A DNA stretch of 64,000 nt from Podarcis gaigeae (taxonomy: Eukaryota), in the NCBI GenBank assembly GCA_964106915.2, contig OZ066916.1; one strand, 5' to 3'. Below, piece by piece: positions 10,783 through 23,825 of the stretch; the first letter of the stretch is position 1; each line of letters opens with the position of its first letter. A model generated the notes under the pieces. That model was given only the letters and a program-made list of their open reading frames with translations, was not told the DNA's origin and ran no database searches. The position numbers were made by a program, and so were the translations under genes.

Positions 10783-11100
10783 TGTTGGTTTCTGCTTCCT
10801 TCACTGAGCAGCGAAGTGCTTGTCACAAGACAATGTTTACATTCCACAGTCAAGTGCTGTTGGGTTTTCTCACGGGAAAGGAGACTGGATGTGACGTACA
10901 TTGGTTTCCTGTTTTCACTGTTCTTCGCAGTTCAGTGTGTTCTCTCCGTGCTTTAGAGGAGAGAGAATGCTTTCTCTGCTCCGGCAGAGGCAAGATGTTT
11001 TTCTGTAACCTACCAGCTTTGAAGTCTAAATAAAGCAATATAGAGTATGTGGCACATACTCCTCATCCTTCCACTATGCACGGGACGCTGCATATCAACA
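10783..11100 (+). repeat. Copia 3' LTR
   Basis: Same 318-bp sequence as the 5' LTR, preceded directly by the PPT. Confidence 0.95.
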
Positions 11101-11762
11101 ATACAGATGGCCCCACGCAACCCCTGGGGCAATGCAGCCCTCAGCAAAAAGCAGGCAGGATATTCTTGCTTGAATATATTATGGCTATTATTTTTAAAAT
11201 GCTGTAATATAAAAACAAAATAAGAATAAAACACTTCACTCCTGGCAATGCCTTAGAAGGCAACATTGCACTGCTTATCTTTGACCTCCCATTTTAGGTC
11301 TCTGTTTCAAGCCCAAAGAGGTTCAGACCTCTGAAACTTCATGATGTTTCTAAATTTCTAGACCCTGCTGCTTAAAAGGAGCAAGAAATAGCTTATTACT
11401 ACAAATCTAGTGCCAGAGAGTGCTGTGCAACCAACCGTAAACATTTTAAATTCAATTGCCCTTATGCAAGGAAAGTGTAGGAGACAATTAAATAAAAATC
11501 AATGGTCATACTTGGTGTGGTATTTTCCCCACAGGGTTTTGATTATAAAATGCAGCCCCGGCTAAGCAAATGTGCACCTTTGTGTTTTGTCCCCACCTCC
11601 TCCATGTTGCTGTTTTCCACTGATCTCCCTCAGATCCACTGCAATTGTGGAACAGAGCCACATGGAAGCACGTGGGCTGGAATCAATCTGAATGACAGCA
11701 TGAGCTTCTTTAGCAGTGCTGGCACAACTATCTATGCAGAATAATAAGCTGGTAGGAAGGCA

Positions 11763-12127
11763 GTAAAGGTAAAGGTAAAGGTAAAGGGACCCCTGACCAT
11801 TAGGTCCAATCGTGTCCAACTCTGGGGTTGCGGCGGTCATCTCGCTTTACTGGCCGAGGGAGCCAGTGCACAGCTTCCAGGTCATGTTGCCAGCATGACT
11901 AAGCCACTTCTGGTCAACCAGAGCAGCGCACGGAAATGCCGTTTAGCTTCCCGCCGGAGTGGTACCTATTTATCTACTTGCACTTTGATGTGCTTTCGAA
12001 CTGCTAGGTTGGCAGGAGCAGGGACCGAGCAACAGGAGCTCACCCTGTCACGGGGATTCGAACCGCCAACCTTCTGATCAGCAAGTCCTAGGCTCTGTGG
12101 TTTAACCCACAGCACCACCCACGTCCC
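11763..12127 (-). mobile_element. Sauria SINE (Squam1-type)
   Basis: Minus strand starts GGGACGTGGGTGGTGCTGTGGGTTAAACC, has a B-box-like GGTTCGAATCCC and ends in (ACCTTT)n. Confidence 0.92.
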
Positions 12128-12309
12128 ATGGAAGGGGGTGGTTATTTTAAAAAGAAAGAATGGAAGACTTGCTTCTCATACATAGACCTGAATAGCATTT
12201 CTTACAGAGTTCCATACCTTGTAGGCAATCTAGTACAACTTTTTCACTACACATTTTGTGGAAATATTAATATGGACAACAGTAATCTGAATCCAGATCA
12301 TATATATTT

Positions 12310-12495
12310 AGGAATATAGGTTGCTGATTTATACTGAGTCCAACTATTGGTCCTTCTAGCTTAGTACTGTCTGCGCTGATTGACAGTAGCTCTCGAGGAT
12401 TTGAGGGAGGGTTCCCTCCCAGCCCTACCTGGAGATGCTGGGGATTGAAACTGGGACTTTTGGCTTGCAAAGCAGGTGCTCTGCCAAAGGGCTGT
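12310..12495 (-). mobile_element. Degraded tRNA-derived SINE (Squam2-like)
   Basis: Minus strand TGGCAGAGCACCTGCTTTGCAAGCCAAAAGTCCCAGTTTCAATCCCCAGCATCTCCAGGTAGGGCTGGG is a tRNA-like head. Confidence 0.65.
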
Positions 12496-15008
12496 AGTCC
12501 TTAACTTGTTTTGTGCACACAAGCTGATCTACCCATGTTGCAAGCTATTCCCTGCTTGGAAGTGGTTTCAGTGCAAAACCTTCCCCAACCTATTGCTTCC
12601 AGGTGTTTGGGACCAAAATGTATGTAACTATGTAACTTTGCAACTGTCTGTCTACAGGAATTTTCTGGGGAGTAACAAAATGGTAGATACTTCAAAAGGT
12701 GAGGACAGCTGGAGGAGAGCTTCATATACAAGAGATGATGGCCTAGCAGATATCTGGATCCTAACCCTTTTGGGTTTTAATGATCAACCGGAAATGATTC
12801 GGGAGCCACTGCAGATGCTTCATAACAAGCAATACATCTTGCAGTCTGGCTCTGTTTGGCAACCAAGTTGCCACATTCTAGGCAAGCTGCACTTTCCCTC
12901 AAATAATGTTCAATAATTTCATCAGGTCCGGGGAATGTGACCTAACCAGTTACTGCCAAACTTTTAAATTTCGCAAAAAGCAGAGGATCCTCTCAGTTCC
13001 AATCAAGACCACAGCACTGGGGAATTAATTCTTTCTCTCCCCCCCCCCCGCCCTGTTTACCTGATTTAAAAAAACTGTTCTTACCCATCCTAAAGCTCTT
13101 ATTAAAACTTTTAAGTTTTTGGTTTTTCCTAATGGGCCAAATACTAGCTTTGAGGGGCATTTTCATTTGGAAAACAGTGACATGAGAAAGTGCTTAAGTC
13201 CTCCTCTGATCTGCATTCCCATTCTAAACAGGGATGGTAGGGGCTGCAGCTGCTTTTTTGCAAATATGTTAAGAGACCAGGGCAATCACAGATCTCCAGT
13301 GTATAATTTAGTTTGGCCCACATTCCATCTTAAAAACATTACCCATATCACAAGCGAGCAAGGAATGTTTCATTCGCAGATGTTTGTTTCTGCAGCTCCC
13401 ATTCATTTCAACAGGGATTGTACATGAGATTCTCTATGGTGAGTTTTGCCTTAAATCTGATGGAAGTCCAACAACATCTGGAGGGTATCATATTGGTTAC
13501 TTGCCATGGTTTCTGAAAAACCTGATCACAATATGCTAATATCAAGTCGATTTTTTTAGTAGCACAGAATATCAAAAATAAGATCTTTTGCATAATTCTG
13601 CTCCAATTGCTCCAATTATGCCTCTTTAATTATGTAAGCAGGCAGCACTGTTTTGAAAGATGCCATTGCATTCAGATTACAAGCACCCTGGATACCTGTC
13701 ACTCCATGTGTCAGACCTACTGCACTCCCTGCAAGCCAGCTGTGAAGCAGAAGAGGAAATGACTAAAAATGAACACTAAAGCTCCTCACCAGTTGGTATC
13801 CCTCCACATTTTGTTAGATTGCTCCAGCTTTGTGTTTCCCCCTGTGACATCAACTGTGAATTCACATTGTTTTCAAAATTGGAAACTAATTAGCAATCCA
13901 TTGTGGCAGTAGGCAAGTTACCTCATTCATTACCGTACTAAATGGCTTATTGCCAAGGGAACATTCAGAAGGGAGCCTTTCACATACAGTCCTGCTTGCA
14001 CTCCTGCAGACATAAGACTGGAAGGGGTGGATGTCAGGAAGAAAGGCTAAACAATAAATTAGGTTGCTTTGGCTCAGATTGAATGGATCAAAGGTGAACT
14101 GTAACCAAACTAGGTGCAGGCAGGAGAACCACTAATTCCAATGGGACACAAACACATCCTTTGTCAGTGTGGTTAGGTCACGGGCTTTGGGCATGAGAAC
14201 TCCTTCTTCCCTCTTCTCACTTGTGAGGAGTTGATAGAGGAATAAAAATGCCTTCCTATTCTGGGCAATGGCTTGTGGACATGATTAGAAGAAAAGGAGG
14301 AAGCCCCCCATGGCTCTCTGATGATCCCGGCACATGAGCTTCCACAGAGAAGCTATATCATGGGCCTTCATGTGATTCATGTGATTTTCTCAGGAACATT
14401 CGCATTAGCAGAATTTTCAATTTCTACTGAATTCTCAAATCTCTCTCTCATATCGGTCACTACAGCCACAGCAGGCGCTGTAACTCTCCAACAGTTTGAT
14501 TTTGCCCGCAAAGGGGTCCCCTGAGACAGATGGATGCCAACAACAATCTCAAATCTCATCTGCATGCCTATGTGATCACTAGACAAAAACAAAAACACCT
14601 CCTCTCATTGCTGCCAAACTTTCAGAGCAATCCTATGTATTGTTGCATACGACCTCCATCTCTCATCAGTGCGACATTCCAGGGGTTCTAGGGGGTTCAC
14701 CCAGGGCCTGGTTTCCATGGAATGAGGGACAGCAGAGACTGTGGAGTCTTTATGAAATATGTTTTATTTAAACATATATACAACCCAAGCCTATGATTTA
14801 CATCTTGCTTTTCCCATAACCACACCCTTGGATTCCAGCAGAAATCAGTCATGGCTCTTTCTGCATTCCCAACCTGCTGCCTTGCTTCCAGCTTCTAGGT
14901 TAAATAACTCAACTCTCAACCCTACCTTCATCTTTCTAACTACCAGTAAGTTGAGGAATGGGGAAACATCCATCTGTCCTCTGACATCTGCTACCAAAAT
15001 TACCCATA

Positions 15009-15253
15009 CAGTGGTACCTCGGGTTACAGATGCTTCAGGTTACAGACGCTTCAGGTTACAGACTCTGCTAACCCAGAAATAGTACCTTGGGTTAAGAACT
15101 TTGCTTCAGGATAAGAATAGAAATCATGCTCCGGCGGTGCAGTGGCAGCAGCGGGAGGCCCCACTAGCTAAAGTGGTACCTCAGGTTAAGAACACTTTCA
15201 GGTTAAGAATGGACCTCCAGAACGAATTAAGTTCTTAACCCGAGGTACCACTG
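15009..15253. mobile_element. Tc1/mariner (Tigger-like) MITE
   Basis: TIR CAGTGGTACCTCGGGTTA / TAACCCGAGGTACCACTG with TA TSD. Confidence 0.9.
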
Positions 15254-17980
15254 TACTTGGAGCCACTACCTCGCCAGGAAACTAGCCTGGCTATTCCAGG
15301 AATTTTAATTCTTGCTTAGATTTTAGCATTTGCTGTATCCAAGGATTTGAAGGGTTTCGGCATGCAATCTATGTGCGCGCCCCCGGCAAAAAAACACAAC
15401 TCATAACACTGTGTTGACTCACAAGTCCCACTGTGTTCAGTGGGGATTCCTTCCAAGTTAGTGTGTGCAGGGTTGAAGTGGTAATGTCACAAAAGAGCCC
15501 AAAAGTTGTTTTGTAGTTCATGTGTGATATTTTGTGCTGACATAGCTCCACTGAATTCAATTTCCAAGATAATATCTACCCAGGTCCCAAAGGCTCAAAC
15601 CACCCATGTTTTACTCATTCAAAAATTTGTGCCAGAAATGCCTCCAAACAATGACATTTTTACTTTCACCACAGTATTCATTATGTTGTCCCTACCACTT
15701 TAGTGTAGCAATGACAAAATATAGTTTTCCTATTTGGATACCAATTTCCATTCTCACTGCTTCCTTATGGCTTCAGGCAGAATGAAAGGTATAAGTCAAG
15801 CAGCAGCACAAGCTCTAATATGATCAGGGTTCCAACTCCATACACGGGGAAATTATGAAGGCTGCTTTTAGACACCAGACTGAATTATTCCCCACGAAAT
15901 TCATTGCCACCCTCTCTCTGTCCTTTGTCCCATGGTGGTATAACCCTGTACTTTTATTCAAGTACAGATTATTCTGAAATGTATTGCTTTTCATAAGAGT
16001 GACTGATTGTCAGAGGTCTTTACATTCATTGACAGTCTTTCCTTGAATTTCTTTTTCTCCATCCATCCACAACCCCATTTTCTCTAGGTGTTTAAGAAGC
16101 TCTCTTTCTAACACTCCATCTGTTTCAATCAGCTTTTTGGTGAAACTGTCCTCTAATTTTATATTCGTATGCCTGCCTGTCTGCTTTTTTTCAACTTTCA
16201 GTTGCCGTTTTTTCTGCAGTTCTCCTGCTGTGATACTATCCAAAGACCCACACCCACTGACCATGTGGGGGCAGGACCAGGATACTGCCCACTGGTCCAC
16301 TTCTGTGTGCTATCTTTTGAATAAAGTGTACATGGCATAGACTTTGTTCAGAGCTCCAGGAGAGCTTGCAAGGGTCAAGCATAGTCCATACCTACACAAG
16401 CATACACACGCTCATTGAACAGAGACAAACAGTGTTATCCATTATCAGGAGCCCAACCATGCCCAATTTATTCCATGCTCTCAGATGGTGCCGAAATGTC
16501 CCACCACCCCATGTTTACAAATGGGAGACATACCATGAGAGCCAATCCAACTATAGTTTTAGTCCAGTCAGGCTCAAATGCAGCACCTGGCATGGTGGAG
16601 CAAATGCCAGGGCCCATTGCTACTGACACTGCCCAACCTTTATATGAATAAAATTGCCTTTTTCCCAACAGCTCAGCACCACAAAGAGAAGCAAATGGGT
16701 TACCCCAAAGCCATTCTCATAGAATCGCTCGATGCTTCTCTTTTCAGCATTGGACTGCTAGCCACATCTTGTCCCTGCTGCTGCCTGATGTGGCAGCAAC
16801 ATCCGCTCTGCTACACCCTGGTGAGCAGCTTGTTCACACCTGGATTCTCTTCAGTGTGAAGCCTCATTCATGGAACAGGCAAAATGTCAGATAAGAGAGT
16901 GCAGATGAGCATGAACAACATAAACTCAGTGAGGAGCTTCAGCAGCCATCTAGATTAGGGTACACGGATCAGAAAGTACAACTTCCAGGATGACTTGTCA
17001 CTTATCCCAGCCTTCTCCCCCCCACCCCCGCCAACCAAAGAAAAAAAAAGTTAACCAGTTCCCAACGCCTTGATATAAAATGTTCTATATTTAAAGTATC
17101 CAAGCCAGAGAAATGGTTGTCCAAGCTTTTATCCTCTAAAAGAGGATATTCTGCATCAACCTGATCTCTAAGAACTCAGGCAGCTCCCACCCTCTATTCA
17201 GATTGGCTTTTTCAGGATGTTGTTGTCTGTTTCTAGTGGAGCAGACTTAGATCTTCTGAGATACAGGGAGCATACCTATCAGGCATGAATATATTCAGTT
17301 AGCATGGAATTTCTGGTTCCTCGTGTCAAACCCAGCTTTTAACATTATTCTTCTTCACTTCAAACTGCATCTGATACTTTCTTTGTTGAACCTTCAGCAT
17401 GTTCTGCCTTAGGGTTTTGAACTCCAGAGCCCCCTTGAGGTGTGAGCCTTTGAGTCATTCCTTATATCAGTACTGGAGACTACTGAGGCTTCCTACAATC
17501 TCTGCTTGGTAGCCCCCTGCCTTGCCTAATCCTGTCTAGTCCTAATTCCAGGCCTCGTTTTATCTTAAACTCACAGGTCCTGATCTTGGCTACTTCCTTT
17601 TCCTCAGCCCTGATCATAATCCTATGTATCTGCTCCAATTTTAATTTCTTTATTATAATAATAACATTAAAGCCTTTTTAATGTTCCTTTGCGAGCTTTC
17701 TTTGCAAAGGCTCATATTCCTTAAGCCAGCTTTGTCTTATGGATCCTTGCCAGACAGTCCCTTCCGGGAATACATATATTATTTAGCATAGGCAACAACG
17801 TCATTCCTATACTTTCCAAGTAGACAAGGTAGCTCCAAGGCTTGAAACTACATTCTGCTACATCTGATGCTCTCAGTGGCATCAGATACAGCCCCACACC
17901 ATGGGGGCTACAAGATTGAAAACATGTCTGGGCAACAAGTACATACTGTATATTCTGTCTTATTATTTTATATTGTGTAG

Positions 17981-18121
17981 CACAGGAGTCACCAGTGTGG
18001 TAGCCTCAAGAAGTTGCTTGACTCCAGCTTCCATCATCCCTGATCACTGGCCATGCTGGCTAGGGCTGATAGGAGATGGAGTCCAGCAACTTCTGGAGGG
18101 TATTGTATTGACAACCCCTGG
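17981..18121. mobile_element. Decayed hAT MITE of the GGACTACAACTCCCATCA type (similar relics near 19915-20045, 20320-20575, 27790-27910, 38830-38958)
   Basis: Imperfect fold-back with ...CCATCATCCCTG... and ...GGAGTCCAGCAACTTCTGGAGGG motifs resembling the 46147 family. Confidence 0.6.
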
Positions 18122-18861
18122 TGTAGTAGATAGATATTCACTAGGAAAATCAAGATTCAATCAAGATTCTTAAATGAGAAGCCCAGTGGCTGAGTGTTGG
18201 CTAGTCATTATCTCTCAGCCCAGTCTATCTCTCAGAGTTGCTGTTAAGTATAAAAGTTGTATTGCTCTTACCTCCTTGAAGCAAGGGCAAGATAAAATTA
18301 AAATAAATATTTTGTTGTAAGCTGCCTTATGGGCCATTTTTAAAGCTGGGAATGAAAATGATAATGGCAATAACAGAACAATTTCCTGTAGCTCTTCACC
18401 ATTCCCATTGGTGACATCTGCATAACATCAGAACGCTGCCATTCTTCCTGAGCAGTCAGACATGAAACAAGATATTAACAACTGGTGGCTGCTCTGGTAA
18501 AGCATGTACATATGAGAACGATGGTGAATATATATATAAGCTGCAAGAGATAGTTGAAGATTCAGCACCACCCATCTAAAACATTTTTGAGCTAGAAAGC
18601 ATAGTAATAAGGTAGTTTGTATGGATTACGCCCTACCTCCAGAGCTGATGCAGTTGCTTCCACTCAGACATTTGACAGAGTGCTGAAGTCAATCATCCCA
18701 GCAAATAACCTTTTTTTCTAAATATATATGCATGTGTATAAATAGTAAGGAGGGGTTATCTACGTGCTTATATTGTTTGGTTTTGATGTATACGAGATTT
18801 TACTTGTTTATTTATTTCGGTCCAGTGTCTATCCCAAGCAAGCATAACAGATTGGAATAGG

Positions 18862-19490
18862 TGACAACAAACGAAAAACCTGTCCTGAGCACACACAACC
18901 CAAGAAGGACAAACGGTCAGTTGTTTAATTCTTTATTGACAAAGCACACACTGACAATAGCTCCTAAGATGCACTAAACATGCACACACATGCTTCCGGC
19001 AACTAAATATCTGGCATCCCCTCCCCAGGCCTGTGCTCCAAGCTGCACTGTTGGAGCAACAGCAGGACCATGCCTCCCTACAAATTTAAGTACCCTTGTC
19101 TGACGGGGTGCATGCAAGCAATCCGTGACTTCTCTTACAAGGAGGGTGTCACTGTGTCTGCCTCTTCAAGTCCCTCCTGGTCTTGGGGGACAGTGGGGAA
19201 GGGGACGAAGGCAATTCTACTGCACCCTCTCTCAGGCACAGTCTTCCTCTGCTCCTGGTGTGTCCTGCCCTTCTTTCAGGCCTGGCTCCTGCCCCGCATA
19301 CTGCACCCCCACCCCCATCCCCGACTGCTCAGACTCTTCCAGCCCTGGCTCCTGCTTCACAGGAGGCACAAAAGCCCTTAAATCACCATTCCCTTCCTCT
19401 AGATCAATCTTTGGCCTTTACCACACACTCTTAGGAGCCCTGCCAGTCCCTGGCTACACTAGGCTATTCCAAACCAGTTCTACTCCAACA
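18862..19490 (-). mobile_element. Possible solo LTR (Gypsy/ERV-like)
   Basis: On the minus strand a purine-rich body, then a TATA-like CTTAAAT (~19085), then AATAAA (~18935), ending in CA at 18862. No TSD confirmed. Confidence 0.35.
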
Positions 19491-22400
19491 GAAACCTCTC
19501 ATAATTGAATGTCTTCTTACAGTATTTTGGACTTTTCAGGCCTCTATAAGAAAGGAGCTCTACAGCTGTGGGTTCAGCCACTAATAATACATCCATTTCA
19601 GGGCTCTCTGGGATGGGAGGTTTTCATGTTTCATCAGAGTGGGCCTATTACACGAAAAAGAAAAATTGGTTTCCCCATGCAACCAAAGAAAAGCAAATAA
19701 AGATCCTTTGCCTTGTCATGTCCATAGCTGCACAAGGCAGCAGGCTGACTAAATATTTAAAAGGGAGAGAGAGCAGGATCACATGGACACTGACATCCCC
19801 TAACATAAAATATTCAGAAAGAAGTGTATAGGAAAGAGGCTGTTACCAGCATGCATGCAAAAATCCAAGAGTAGAGTTCTCATCTCTCCCAGCAACACTT
19901 CTCACCTCTTTAGATCAGGGGTGAGGAAAGTGTGGCCTCCAGATGTTGTTCAGATCCCATTAGCCCAGCCAGCACAGTCAATGGTCAGGGATTATGGGAA
20001 TTGTTGTCCAACAGCATCTTAAGGGCCACAGGTTCCATAGCCTTGCTTTAAGGAGATAAGTCTCATGCTTTGAGGACTTTATGGAGTTCTCATATATGCA
20101 TGTTAGTAGCTTCACGGATTTTTTAAAAATGATCCAATGAATGGATAATGGATAATTGAATCTGCCCCGCAAATAGAAACTTCTTTGTGCACTCAGTTTT
20201 TTTGCTCTATCTTGAGTTGAATGTTTAGGAGGAAACATTCCCCCTTACTGGTCCTTTAATATTACTGATGCAGAACATTCTCTTCTTAACAAGTAAACAC
20301 CCACAAGAATTTCCTTATCAGCCCTCCAGATTTTGTTGGATTATGACTTCCACCATTGCTGGCTATGCTGAATGTGGTTGATGAAGATAAAGCCTAACAA
20401 CGTCTGGCAGGTCACAGGACCTTGAGCTATAATCTAGACCAGATTTAGACAATGTGGTGTCTTCCAAATGTTGTGAACTACAATGGCTATCATCCTCATC
20501 CATTGGTCATACTGGTTGGAGCCAATGGGAATTACAGCCCAAAATATCTAGAGGGCCCCACATTGGTTATCACCACAGTATTCTAGACTTTAACATTCAC
20601 AGATAGAAATCCAGTTTGGAATATCAGTAGGTAAAGTAATTATGAGATGTTTTTAAGTGAGAGTGAAGCAGTTGCTGCAAGATACAGATCCAAATGTAAT
20701 CTTTCTTCTGTTGCTTGTGCAAATAAAGCCAAGTCCATTCTGATCTCTGGTTGCAAATCAAAACAGGATTTTTATTTTTTTTTACTGATTTGCACATCCA
20801 TGCAAAAGGACTGATCCCATTCTTATTCAAATAGACACACCATGGGCATCATTGGATTTACCTCTGCTATATTGACATTTTATGGATGATCAGATTCAGA
20901 TTAGCTATCACAAACCTTTATCTCCTGATTTCATGGAAGGAAATGAAATCCAAGCTCTTGATTCCCAATTGGTAACATCTTATGATGCAGCCATGTTGCT
21001 GGGCTAGCACACAAATCTTTTTAAAGTAAACTGTTGACTGATCTACACACTTGACCTCTTTAAGGAAAAGGTGTTTTGTGAGAGCATTATGGTCCTGATC
21101 TCAAAGTGCAGAAGTAGCTTTGGGGATAGTTTCATTGCAACTACCACCTTCCCCTTCCCGCTATGGCTACAGCCAGAAGCAACAAAAGAGAAGGAGATGT
21201 ATAGTCTGCTGGCAAATCGCATTTATAAAGTGAACAAAATGTGTATTTGAAATTGCATGTATTCTCAGGAACCCCACTGTTCAAACTAGTTCCACCTTTA
21301 AGACAGTTCACTATAGACAAAGGTGATTGAACAGTTTACTGAAAAAGCAGAGGCACACCCTAACCAGGAAATCCCACATACTTTCTGTAGTGTACAGTGA
21401 TGCTAAACTGCAATCACAGGCAATTGTCTCAGATATGGCTGTGATGCTCCAGTTGCTATCCAGGCTGATTCCTATGGAGCTGTCCACAGTGCTGAACATG
21501 CAGTTTGCAATAAATACTTGTGGTGTTGAATCCACAACTGTGTGAAGCTGGTGATATAATGTAATAATGATTCTGGCATTGCTGTTTTGAGAGTGTCCCT
21601 TTTATCACTGCATGTTTGTGGCAAATAAGGAGCAGCTGAGAAAACAAAACCTGATTTTGCATGTAATCAAGAGTCAAAATAAAATAAGTCATTCTGGTAT
21701 GCACAACAGGGCAATAAGTGATAACTGTGCCAACCTGGGCAAATCAGTCTATTTCCAGTCTCTGACACTTTCACATATGAAGGTGTGGGTGAGATCAGTT
21801 CATATCAGAATTTGCAAGGACTGGATTCCATATGGAAACCTAATTGTATTTACAGGTGACTGAGCACGCCCTGTAAGTTGACTGTACAGCTCTAACAGGC
21901 AACACATTTTAAAAGATATTTTGAACTGATCCAGGGCTGAAAGGCAGAAACACTGGCTCCAGCCACTGGCACACAAATCAATACACAAGCAAAGGACTCT
22001 TAACCCTCTTCTTTTCCTGCATGGACAGAAACAGAGGACTTGGTCAGGGACCTTCCTGCATTATTCAGTCCAGTCATTCTTTTCAGGACTGAATTCATGT
22101 CCATTTCTCATGTGGACAGCAACAAGGGTATTTCCCAAGTTCTTCACTTATGTGTGTCACCTTGTCAATCCTGTTTTCTTGAAATAAAAAAAAGAGGATC
22201 TTTTCCCAAGCATTTTCCAATTTTGTTCACAATAATCAGCCCAAGCCCAAATCAAGTCTGGGGAAGTTTTCACACCTCTAGTTTAAATACTGAGCTCAGG
22301 GCCAGAGATAGGCATTGATGAACACTTGCTAAGGCCCATGCCCCTAAAGGGTCCCCCACTATTTCTCTCTCCAACCTCATGGTCCTCTTGCTTCTCCTCC

Positions 22401-23130
22401 TCAAAATCACCACCTGTTCACCTACCATCTCCAAGTATACAAACTTGAGCACAAGCAAGGAGATGGGGCAGCATTCTCCACTTCCCCTATGCTCCCCCCC
22501 CAAAAAAAAGAGAGAGAGTTGTGGGTTAGAGGGAGAGACACGGCAAATGAGTGAACTGTGATGCCTTGGAGAAGGAGACATCCCACAAGAGAGGGACCTC
22601 AATGACCACACCTTGCCTAAGGGTCCTTCAAATCCTGTAGTTTGCACAGTAGCGCTGGCTGAGTCTGATGAAATTTTAGTATAAAGCAGCAGGATGACAA
22701 CAAGTTGGTGAAGGCTGGTTTGTGGCTTTGCATACAGTTATGAATTCATTGCTCTATACACATCCAATGTAAATAATGTGTGGCATATGAAACATGAACA
22801 TTTTGAACTATAAGCCAACTATGTTGATCTATTGAATAGGCTACAAGCCATGGAGAAGGTGTGGTGTTCGCTCATAAAGATGGAAATGTTGCACATCAGG
22901 CTTGATGGTCTCTTGAGTGTTGATTGCGACCTGACAGCCAAAATGGAGCAATGAAAGATGTTACATTAGGTTGGTCCAACATGTAGAGTGCTGTGTTTGA
23001 AATCTCACCACAAATTATGAGCATTATGGAGTCCCTCTTAAATGATGTCTTTGAAGATAGGGCAATCCCCTCCTCTGATGTAATTCTTAATACATTAACT
23101 ATTCTGTATAGGTCTAGCTAAACATAAATA

Positions 23131-23364
23131 CAGTAGTACCTCGGTTTTTGAACGTAATCCGTTCTGGAAGACCATTCGGGTTCTGAAACGTTCGAAAACC
23201 AAAAACTCAATAGTCAACAGCTAGGCCTAAGAATCTTGTGCTGAGCAGATGGCATGTTCGACTTTTGAGACATGTTTGAAAACCAAAGCATTTACATCCA
23301 GGTTTATGGAGTTGGAAACCGAAATGTACAACAACAGAGACGCTCAAAAACCAAGGTACCACTG
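23131..23364. mobile_element. Tc1/mariner (Tigger-like) MITE
   Basis: TIR CAGTAGTACCTCGGTTTTTGA / TCAAAAACCAAGGTACCACTG with TA TSD. Confidence 0.85.
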
Positions 23365-23825
23365 TATTCCACTTTTTATTGTCACATTTACTTTATTTGT
23401 TTGTCTCCCTGACAAACAATCAATAATGCAAAAATGTGGCCAATGAATGAATTAAATAAGAATGATTCAATTTATCCAGCTGTACTCTTCCACAAATGGA
23501 AGGAGTGCTTCCAATTTCCTAAGAGTTTTTGATCTAACAGATACCACGACTAACAGGAGAAGGGGGTGATTCTCACCAATTCTCTCCTCCCCTTGCATTC
23601 CCCAGTGCCACCCTGTTCTGGCGTTTTACCTTGATATTCATGAGAAGTAGATTTTCAGGGGCCACTGCAGACTCCAAGAGGAAGAGAAAATATGAAAAAT
23701 CAGATCCTCTTCCATTAACAGGGGCTTTTACTGAACCAAAAGCTCTAATGTGAATGGAAGAATGCAACTGGATCCCATCCAGCAGTTCTTAAGGAAGAAG
23801 CATACTCCTTTGTTTTTTAGATGAA

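Larger units (their letters stand above)
6350..11100 (+). mobile_element. Ty1/Copia LTR retrotransposon with two LTRs
   Basis: 318-bp direct repeats TGTTG...CAACA at 6350-6667 and 10783-11100, a PBS after the 5' LTR, a polypurine tract before the 3' LTR, and a pol ORF in Copia order (PR-IN-RT-RH). Confidence 0.97.

Noticed and set aside
14641-15000. Possible solo LTRs here and at about 17384-17773
   Set aside because: TG/CA ends and poly(A)-like signals are suggestive, but no TSD or second copy could be confirmed.
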